From a virus: a stretch of DNA of 11,422 nucleotides. The stretch lies in UHGV virus genome UHGV-2155131; one strand, written 5' to 3'. Below the pieces are notes generated by a model. The model ran no database searches. It saw nothing but the letters and a program-made list of their open reading frames with translations, and was not told the origin of the DNA. Both the position numbers and the translations under genes were made by a program. Shown in pieces: positions 1-5,458 of the stretch (the first letter of the stretch is position 1; every line of letters begins with the position of its first letter).

Positions 1-146
1 TATCGGCAGAACGCCCTGCCGCTGACAAGAGCTTATTTGCCTGACCAATCTACTCCACATGATAGATAACTATCATTTATAACATCTCATTGATTAGTCT
101 TTATTTTTCATTGTGTTACAAATAACAGCTCTGTCAAAAACAGCGA

Positions 147-172
147 AATTAACTACACCATTAACTACACCG
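147..172. repeat. Left copy of 26-bp direct repeat (aattaactacaccattaactacaccg); putative attL core
   Basis: Identical 26-mer recurs at 11126..11151. It contains an internal tandem 12-mer (attaactacacc x2). Confidence 0.7.
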
Positions 173-312
173 TTTCACGAACAATATCGAACAACCACGA
201 ACAAAGATCAACACGCTTTAACCGTTATCATTTTCCGGCTATCCGTTATGAAGCTGGTGGATGTTCCCCGATATGGGGATCCCCACCTACCGGAATTTTT
301 GCCAGGTTAAAT

Positions 313-551
313 GTTAACCTCTGCCCTGTTAACATTTTTACCAAAAAGGTAGTTAACATTTTTTGCACGCAACCAGATGAATCATAAAGAAAAAATCAAC
401 AACAACGCTTCATCAGGCAGTTAACATGTTAACTACTACGAAACGGTAATTTTTTCTCTGCGTGAGAGGGGGCGCGGTGTCCAGCTTATTCGTTGTTCGT
501 GGCTAACCACTCCCCCCCCATGCCGGATTTTTTTTCCGGTTAACTGTTAAT
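313..551. promoter_or_regulatory. Cluster of GTTAAC-containing palindromes in the left arm (candidate recombinase arm-type / IHF / regulator sites)
   Basis: GTTAAC at 313, 328, 352, 420, 428, 539. GTTAACATTTTT occurs twice (328..339, 352..363). Perfect 14-bp palindrome gttaacatgttaac at 420..433. Inverted repeat ccgga-T7-tccgg at 523..539. Confidence 0.3.
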
Positions 552-592
552 CAGGCTGGTGGGTTTTACATACCCTTGATCACCGTAATGAT

Positions 593-814
593 GATCCAGA
601 TCTGCACCTTTCCACCAATGGTGGAAAAGCCCACAGCAGGCCGCCCAGCCTCCACCAATGGGGTAAAAGCATCAACCGTAACGAAAGTCGTTATGGTTGC
701 CACCGATACCCCAAATTTGGGTATCACGAGTAAGCCCCAAAATCTGGGTGTTACTCTTACCACCCAAACTACGGGTAGTTTCCGTAGTTTCATGGTCGAG
801 TTGCAGATCTGCAA
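593..814. repeat. Repeat-rich non-coding segment bounded by two GCAGATCTGC palindromes, with four CCNCCAAWNTGGG-type repeats
   Basis: tgcagatctgca at ~596..607 and ~801..812. ccaccaatggtgg (613..), ccaccaatgggg (651..), ccccaaatttggg (708..), ccccaaaatctggg (735..). The three overlapping ORFs here lack Shine-Dalgarno sequences. Confidence 0.3.
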
Positions 815-1110
815 CTCCCCCATTAACCACAGGCGAATTTCCGCCTTCGGTCATTCCTTAATCATCTGCGTAATCATAATGATTATTCAGCAAGCGCAAT
901 TTTGCGCTTTGCTTAAAGTTCAGCGAGTTACCGCGCCGACTTCCTCAAATTGAGGTTTCCGAAAATATCAGCGGGTTAGCGATTAAGCTGATCATTAATT
1001 AAACTGCGAAAATTTCGTAGTTTGTGACTGTCTTTCAGGCAGCTTGTTAACAGTCCTCAGAAGCGAGGGATGTAGCCACCCATTTTTGGTCCGTCGGGAA
1101 TATCAACCAG

Positions 1111-1392
1111 TTACCGCCGCAACCGCTCCGGCTTCTTCCAGTGGTACGTTATTTTCTCCTTCTCCCGATACATCTCCACGCGGCGACGGTAGGCCAGCAA
1201 CTCAAGAACTCTGGTTCGTATGTTGCGCATATCCACGCCATTAAGTTCTATACCATCACGGCGCATCACCTCCGCAACAACACGCGCATAATTTTCAGCG
1301 GTCACGCTGTCCGGCTGCGTGGCCTGTTCGTCAACCTGCTGGCTGATTCCGGCAACGCGGCGGATTAATCCCAGTATTTCGGCTTCTGTCAT
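1111..1392 (-). CDS. Hypothetical protein (93 aa) in the position a small terminase occupies relative to cos
   Basis: ATG start at 1392 preceded by a GGGGG motif. The translation is charged and helix-rich, unlike the antisense ORFs. It lies downstream of the cosB-like region on the same strand as the right cos copy. Confidence 0.5.
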   Translation of the reverse strand: MTEAEILGLIRRVAGISQQVDEQATQPDSVTAENYARVVAEVMRRDGIELNGVDMRNIRTRVLELLAYRRRVEMYREKEKITYHWKKPERLRR

Positions 1393-1425
1393 TGTGCCCC
1401 CATCGTTCTGATAGTCTGGTGTCGT

Positions 1426-1490
1426 CGGGTCCTTCCTGGAATTATGGCCCGTTACGGGGCGGCGACCTCGCGGTTTTTCGCTATTTATGA
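1426..1490 (+). other. Lambda-type cos site, left copy (cosQ-like + cosN GGGCGGCGACCT at 1457..1468), plus orientation
   Basis: gttacg|gggcggcgacct|cgcgg...ttttcgctatttatga matches the lambda cohesive-end region recalled from the lambda genome left end. Forms a 65-bp inverted repeat (62/65 identical) with 1959..2023. Confidence 0.6.
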
Positions 1491-1828
1491 GATTTTTTGA
1501 GGGGGTGGTTGTTGTTTAATTGTTTGGTATATCTAATTGATAAGTAAGGTAAAAATAAAATTAATACAACAACCTTACGATGTATTTTGATGTCATTAAT
1601 GTGAAAAAATTCAATGATATCAAATGGTTTTGTAAAAACACATGGTTGTTGTATCGCGTATTTGATGGCGTAACAGAAAGTGATTTTTAACTTTACCGCT
1701 CTGTAACTACGGATTATTCCATGCTGGCACGGAGAACGGCTACGGCATGACGCCACCCAGCCTATACAGAACAGTAAAGCCGATAAATTGTTAATCACGC
1801 GCAGCAATGCGTGTGATTTTTGCACACT

Positions 1829-1958
1829 TCCGGTTAACGGGTACGATGTCCGGTTTTAGTGTCTGTTTTTTGCGCATGTCCGGTTCATAGAAAGCATGTT
1901 TTTATATTTTTCATATGGTTAACTTGCAGAGAAACCGGACATGGATCCCGGAAAATTT
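1829..1958 (-). promoter_or_regulatory. cosB-like region with TGTCCGGTT repeats (candidate small-terminase R sites) and an AT-rich IHF-like stretch
   Basis: tgtccggtt at 1850..1858 and 1879..1887, inverted copy aaccggaca at 1934..1942, related cttccggttaac at 1829..1840. Lies directly next to the right cosN, as cosB does in lambda. Confidence 0.4.
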
Positions 1959-2023
1959 TCATAAATAGTGAAAACGCGCGAGGTCGCCGCCCCGTAACGG
2001 GCCATAATTCCAGGAAGGACCCG
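1959..2023 (-). other. Lambda-type cos site, right copy (cosN at 1981..1992 on minus strand), the copy most similar to lambda cos
   Basis: Reverse complement reads acgggtccttcc...gttacg|gggcggcgacct|cgcgcgttttcactatttatgaaaattttccgg, matching lambda cosQ/cosN and the start of cosB through TATTTATGAAAATTTTCCGG. Confidence 0.7.
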
Positions 2024-2024
2024 T

Positions 2025-2046
2025 AAAAAAGCCGGATTTCTCCGGC
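2025..2046 (-). terminator. Rho-independent terminator ending the capsid operon
   Basis: On the minus strand: hairpin gccgga-gaaa-tccggc followed by a T6 run, 7 nt after the stop of the 2053..2460 gene. Confidence 0.6.
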
Positions 2047-2052
2047 CTTGTC

Positions 2053-2460
2053 TCAGATGGTTTTCAGTATGCGATCGATGTCGCCGTCATCGCCCTGGTT
2101 TNNNNNNNNNNNNNNNNNNNNNNNNNNNNNNNNNNNNNNNNNNNNNNNNNNNNNNNNNNNNNNNNNNNNNNNNNNNNNNNNNNNNNNNNNNNNNNNNNGC
2201 TCTATGGTCATGTTCAGGATTTCACGAGCATTATCGACGCTAATACATGGCACGTTTGCCATTGCACGTAACAGCGGCTGATAGTCTTTATGCTCATGAA
2301 GCGCCATAATCGCATCAGCGCGCGGCTTGTCCTGCTCTTCCAGTTTGTTTAGTTGATATACGGCCTCATAGGTTGATAAACCTCTGTCAGCCATTGCCCG
2401 CGCTTCGGCTTTAAATTTACTCGCCAGCGGTAGCGTCATGATGCTTTCATTCGTTGCCAT
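2053..2460 (-). CDS. Hypothetical protein, last gene of capsid operon; reading frame spans an assembly gap
   Basis: Start at 2460 with a GGGGG motif and TAA-coupled spacing after the decoration gene. N-terminal 87 aa are real sequence. The C-terminal 15 aa and the terminator placement suggest the gene ends at 2053, but frame continuity across the N run is unverifiable. Confidence 0.45.
   Translation of the reverse strand: MATNESIMTLPLASKFKAEARAMADRGLSTYEAVYQLNKLEEQDKPRADAIMALHEHKDYQPLLRAMANVPCISVDNAREILNMTIEXXXXXXXXXXXXXXXXXXXXXXXXXXXXXXXXXNQGDDGDIDRILKTI
2102..2198. other. Assembly gap (97 N)
   Basis: Literal run of n in the sequence. Confidence 0.95.
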
Positions 2461-2472
2461 CGTTCCCCCTGC

Positions 2473-2808
2473 TTATCGGGCCAGCGGCTGAACGGATACG
2501 CCGGAACCCGCAAAGGCGGCGCATTTTTTCGCATCGGTGTCGACGCTCTCAGGCCAGTTAACGGCGGCAATATTGAATATCCCCGTCTTGTAACACTGTG
2601 CTGATTTCTGCTTTGACGTGTCCACAGGGTACGAGGTCAGATAAACAGCCTTGCCAGATTCCTTACCATCCCACGGCTTAAACTCGCCATTGTCCGCCAG
2701 CATCAGCGGGGTAAATTCCTGAATAACGCCAGCATCAGCGGCAAAATGTACCAGCGTCGTGGCGACCTGCTGACTGCCTGCAAATAACTCAATGTATGGA
2801 GTGTCCAT
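2473..2808 (-). CDS. Head decoration protein, lambda gpD-like
   Basis: 111 aa. Shares TPLML, WDG, YKxGxF, WPE and KKxAAFAG motifs in the same order as lambda gpD (recalled from memory). GGGGG Shine-Dalgarno motif 6 nt before ATG. Confidence 0.8.
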   Translation of the reverse strand: MDTPYIELFAGSQQVATTLVHFAADAGVIQEFTPLMLADNGEFKPWDGKESGKAVYLTSYPVDTSKQKSAQCYKTGIFNIAAVNWPESVDTDAKKCAAFAGSGVSVQPLAR

Positions 2809-2819
2809 AGAATCCCCCG

Positions 2820-3875
2820 TTAACCAATTTTGACGGTAACAAATTTGCGAATATCTGCCGGAACCGGCTGCGGTGCGCTGTGCGTCTGCACGTACTCAAT
2901 CGCCGGATCGCCGTCCTCAATCCAGTTTTTCGGGTAAAACATGTTTTGCGTTGCGCCCGTTCTTACTGCGTCCTGATCCATAATCGCACCATAGGCCACC
3001 AGCCCTTTATTGTTGGTGTTGCCCAGGACAAGCAAATCAGGCTCAAGGAAATATTTTTCTGTGCCGTCGCTGTCAGTGTATTTGCCGGAATAGACGATAA
3101 GGGCAATATCGCCCAGATAGCCTTTAAAGCTCACCACTTCGCCCAGGTTTTTACAGGCCAGCTCTGCGGCGGACTCTGAACCACGGGAAAGATCGTACAG
3201 CTCACGGAATTTTTTAAAGCTGCGTAACGTTCGCCATACCTCAGCGCCCATAATCATGACGTTTGCGGGGCAACCAGCCTGATCGGCGTATAGTTCGATA
3301 TCATAGATTGGATCGTGGGTTTCTTTGTCCTGCTCTGACCATTTTTTCCCGTCGGCCTGCTCTATGATGTTTTTTTCCGGTATCTTCCAGTCGATTTCAT
3401 AGCGCTCTATGCCTTCGCCTTCAATGATGTTTTTTCCGGTCGTTACCGCATTTACCGCCAGCCATTCCACGCGCGCTTTTATGGCGTTTATCTGGCGGCG
3501 CATATTGCCAGTAATCAGGCGCATACGGCGATAGGTAGGGTCGTTAAGCTGTGCCGGATCTTCTCCAGCCATGCGCATGATGGTTTTCGTTGGATCGATT
3601 TCGTGCTTTGGCTTCATGTAGCCAGGTTTAATCGTGCTGGTTTCGTACCCTTTATCGCGCTGAACCTGGCTACCCACCATAGGCGAACAAAACGCCGACA
3701 TGGTGACTTCTTCAATGTCCAGGGTATCCAGCATGATGTTTTGCGTGCTGAATGTCGCCACGTTCGGGAAAAACAGCGTGGTAAACAGCGGACTGAATTT
3801 AAATTCCGCAATATCCCCGCGATTCAGGTACGCAAAAAGCTGGTTAGTGTTAAGTGCCATTGCTTTTACTGTCAT
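2820..3875 (-). CDS. Major capsid protein, lambda gpE family
   Basis: 351 aa. Collinear with lambda gpE across the whole length (FKFxPLF, TPGYxKPKHE, DPxYRRxRxI, WSxxDKxTxDP, YSGxY, VLGNT, YPKNW, GDPA, SAP). Start overlaps the upstream stop (TAATG). Confidence 0.9.
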   Translation of the reverse strand: MTVKAMALNTNQLFAYLNRGDIAEFKFSPLFTTLFFPNVATFSTQNIMLDTLDIEEVTMSAFCSPMVGSQVQRDKGYETSTIKPGYMKPKHEIDPTKTIMRMAGEDPAQLNDPTYRRMRLITGNMRRQINAIKARVEWLAVNAVTTGKNIIEGEGIERYEIDWKIPEKNIIEQADGKKWSEQDKETHDPIYDIELYADQAGCPANVMIMGAEVWRTLRSFKKFRELYDLSRGSESAAELACKNLGEVVSFKGYLGDIALIVYSGKYTDSDGTEKYFLEPDLLVLGNTNNKGLVAYGAIMDQDAVRTGATQNMFYPKNWIEDGDPAIEYVQTHSAPQPVPADIRKFVTVKIG

Positions 3876-4081
3876 TATTCACCCCCGTGAACCTGATTCA
3901 TACCCAGCGCCGCGCGTAAATAGGCGCGTACCTGCCAGCCTGTTGACGGCTCAACCATCGCCAGCGGATCAAGTCCTGCCGCAATGCCTGCTTTTACGTT
4001 CTGCTGGTGGCGTTCCTTGAGCGCCTTCACGATGTCGGGGCTTATGTACACCGAAACACCGCCTTTTTTCTCTTCAGCCAT
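3875..4081 (-). CDS. Small hypothetical protein (68 aa) translationally coupled to the capsid gene; possible beta-strand/helix DNA-binding-like pattern
   Basis: AGAGGAA Shine-Dalgarno motif 9 nt upstream of ATG at 4081. TAATG overlap with the capsid gene start. Function not recognised. Confidence 0.5.
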   Translation of the reverse strand: MAEEKKGGVSVYISPDIVKALKERHQQNVKAGIAAGLDPLAMVEPSTGWQVRAYLRAALGMNQVHGGE

Positions 4082-4248
4082 AGTAAGAAATTCCTCTTTG
4101 ACTTAAAAAATCATAACTGGATGTTCATCCAGATCTGATTATAATCATGATTGCATTTTATGCAATGATGTTGAGTTGTGTTGCAAAATATGAAATGATG
4201 ATCCCGATCATGTGTGTCAGTGCACCAAAAAAAACCTCATATGCAAAA
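4082..4248 (-). promoter_or_regulatory. Putative late/capsid operon promoter region with palindromes
   Basis: AT-rich stretch between the bidirectional terminator and the first capsid-operon gene. Contains ctggatg-tt-catccag (4119..4134) and tgattataatca (4137..4148, includes a TATAAT-like hexamer). Confidence 0.35.
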
Positions 4249-4287
4249 GCCCGATAAGATGCCTCCTGTACTTATCGGGCTTTTTTT
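4249..4287 (+). terminator. Rho-independent terminator-like hairpin (gcccgataag ... cttatcgggc + T7)
   Basis: 10-bp perfect stem, 12-nt loop, T7 tail on the plus strand. May act bidirectionally together with the neighbouring hairpin. Confidence 0.5.
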
Positions 4288-4293
4288 GGGTAC

Positions 4294-4316
4294 AAAAAAG
4301 CCGGATTACTCCGGCT
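4294..4316 (-). terminator. Rho-independent terminator for the regulator / replication-side operon
   Basis: On the minus strand: hairpin gccgga-gtaat-ccggc then T6, 6 nt after the stop at 4322. Nearly identical to the terminator at 2025..2046. Confidence 0.55.
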
Positions 4317-4321
4317 GTTGA

Positions 4322-4594
4322 TTAGCTGTCTGGGTAATTACGCCATATTTCATCGCTTACACCATCTATACCCATTTCAGCATAAGTGCGATCTACTGCC
4401 TTTCTCAGGTCTCCGAAGTTATCCGGCGGCTCCGGTGGCTTCTGTGCCTTCCTGGAACATTCCAGCCGTCGCATCGTAACCTGATGCCGTTCCTTGTCTG
4501 TCTCCACCAGTTGCATGACTTCACCCCATCGTGCCGCCGCCCTCCGGTAAAAGCCTTTTGCCTCGAGTTCCTCCGCTATGCGGTCATGTACCAT
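4322..4594 (-). CDS. PerC-family transcriptional regulator-like protein
   Basis: Motif AEELEAKGFYRRAAARWGEVM resembles the conserved PerC/Pch core as I remember it. Preferred start is ATG 4594 with GAGGGGG upstream, directly after the SSB-tail stop. The ORF track extends to a GTG at 4714. Confidence 0.55.
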   Translation of the reverse strand: MVHDRIAEELEAKGFYRRAAARWGEVMQLVETDKERHQVTMRRLECSRKAQKPPEPPDNFGDLRKAVDRTYAEMGIDGVSDEIWRNYPDS

Positions 4595-4604
4595 CCTCAC
4601 CCCC

Positions 4605-4897
4605 TCAGAACGGAATATCATCACCGTAAGGGTCATCGCCTCCCGCTGGTGGCTGATTACCCTGTGTGCCTGTGGTCTTGCGTCTGTTCCCGCCAGGACG
4701 TGCCGCACGGGCACTGATTACGCTGTCTGCAATAACCTGATAACCCTGCCGCGTTTCCCCGTTCTGTCCGGTCCACTGGCTGATCTGCATGGCAAAGATA
4801 CCGCCATACGCGCCAGCGTCATCGGTGTACCCTTGCTGGTCTGTTTTACCTGCGGGTCGTCCACCAGCCGCCCGTAAGCGGCTATCTGTGCTGTCAT
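4605..4897 (-). pseudogene. SSB-like gene remnant in two frames: N-terminal OB-fold fragment (4718..4897) and C-terminal fragment ending in the DDIPF acidic tip (4605..4790)
   Basis: Frame A (MTAQIAAYGRLVDDPQVKQTSKGTPMTLARMAV...) resembles the SSB N-terminus. Frame B (...QISQWTGQNGETRQGYQVIAD...GGDDPYGDDIPF) resembles the SSB beta4-5 region and C-terminal tail. The frames overlap out of phase, about 40 aa of OB fold are missing, and no slippery heptamer was seen. Confidence 0.5.
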
Positions 4898-5172
4898 GAT
4901 TCCACCTCTCCGGTTTTAACGTTGATGGTTGTTACCTGTTCCGCTTCTGCAATCTCCCGCTCTGTCAGCGTGGCAAAGTTTGCCGCCGCCGTGGTCATGA
5001 ATGCGCTTATTAGTTCGGGATGTGCTTTCGAGTATCCTTCTCCCGCTGTGATGTCTATCACCTTTATAGCCACCTTTAAGGCGTGCTCTGTCATCTCCAG
5101 CGCTTTATATCTTGGTGCTGTTCTGTCTTTGCGTTTTTTGAGTGATTTGTTAAATCTTCCTGATGTGTGCAT
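4894..5172 (-). CDS. Hypothetical protein (92 aa)
   Basis: ORF starting next to the iterons. Its stop overlaps the SSB-like frame A start (ATGA). Function not recognised. Confidence 0.45.
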   Translation of the reverse strand: MHTSGRFNKSLKKRKDRTAPRYKALEMTEHALKVAIKVIDITAGEGYSKAHPELISAFMTTAAANFATLTEREIAEAEQVTTINVKTGEVES

Positions 5173-5220
5173 TTTTATTTTTACCCTCGTGTTTAAAAAG
5201 TTTTAGGTTGTGGTGCACCT

Positions 5221-5445
5221 CCTCTACCTCTCTACCTAATCATCTTTCATGTCAGTAATGGCGCGGCTTTCAGATGGGTAGAGGGCTTTCGTGGCCCTCT
5301 ACCCATCCTCTACCCGCCCCTCACAAACGATCTTAATCATGGTAGAAGAGGTAGAGAGGTTTTATTAGCCTTCTACCTAGCCCTCTACCCACTTATCATG
5401 TTGAATAATATGCGTTTATTTCATTCAGGTAGATTGGGTAGAGGG
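5221..5445. repeat. Iteron array; candidate replication origin downstream of the primase gene
   Basis: About 10 copies of CTCTACC / GGTAGAG in both orientations (e.g. 5222, 5230, 5276..5285, 5295..5304, 5307..5315, 5350, 5381..5390, 5436..5445), including the palindrome gggtagagggc-N7-gccctctaccc (5276..5304). Flanked by AT-rich stretches. Confidence 0.6.
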
Positions 5446-5458
5446 CTTTTACAAAAAA

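Noticed and set aside
113-310. 65-aa plus-strand ORF
   Set aside because: Runs across the chromosome/island junction and the att repeat. No start signal, and the translation is not protein-like.
566-953. Three mutually overlapping ORFs (576..953 plus, 566..823 minus, 672..854 minus)
   Set aside because: None has a Shine-Dalgarno sequence. The region is dominated by palindromic DNA repeats, and the translations are repeat-driven and low complexity.
1044-1368. Plus-strand ORFs 1044..1244 and 1141..1368
   Set aside because: Antisense to the better-supported 1111..1392 gene; translations are Pro/Ser/Arg-rich.
1481-1825. 114-aa minus-strand ORF inside the cosB-like segment
   Set aside because: Lies in an AT-rich repeat-containing region between the two cos copies. 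Cys- and Ile-rich translation typical of non-coding AT-rich DNA.
1426-2023. Inverted repeats as ends of a miniature transposon or invertible switch
   Set aside because: The repeats are recognisable lambda cos sequence, which explains them better. No transposase or invertase gene and no target-site duplication were seen.
2048-2281. 77-aa plus-strand ORF spanning the N gap
   Set aside because: Antisense to the capsid-operon gene, and mostly made of ambiguous codons.
2880-4020. Plus- and minus-strand ORFs overlapping the major capsid gene (2880..3179, 3603..3890, 3614..3811, 3700..4020)
   Set aside because: Embedded in or antisense to a confidently identified gpE-like capsid gene; Arg- and Cys-rich translations.
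4484-4877. Plus-strand ORFs 4484..4717 and 4578..4877
   Set aside because: Antisense to the PerC-like and SSB-like coding sequences.
4790-4897. Programmed -1 ribosomal frameshift joining the two SSB-like frames
   Set aside because: No X-XXY-YYZ slippery heptamer in the overlap, and a large part of the OB fold is missing, so an internally deleted gene is the simpler reading.
4922-5206. 94-aa plus-strand ORF
   Set aside because: Antisense to 4894..5172 and running into the origin region; no start signal.
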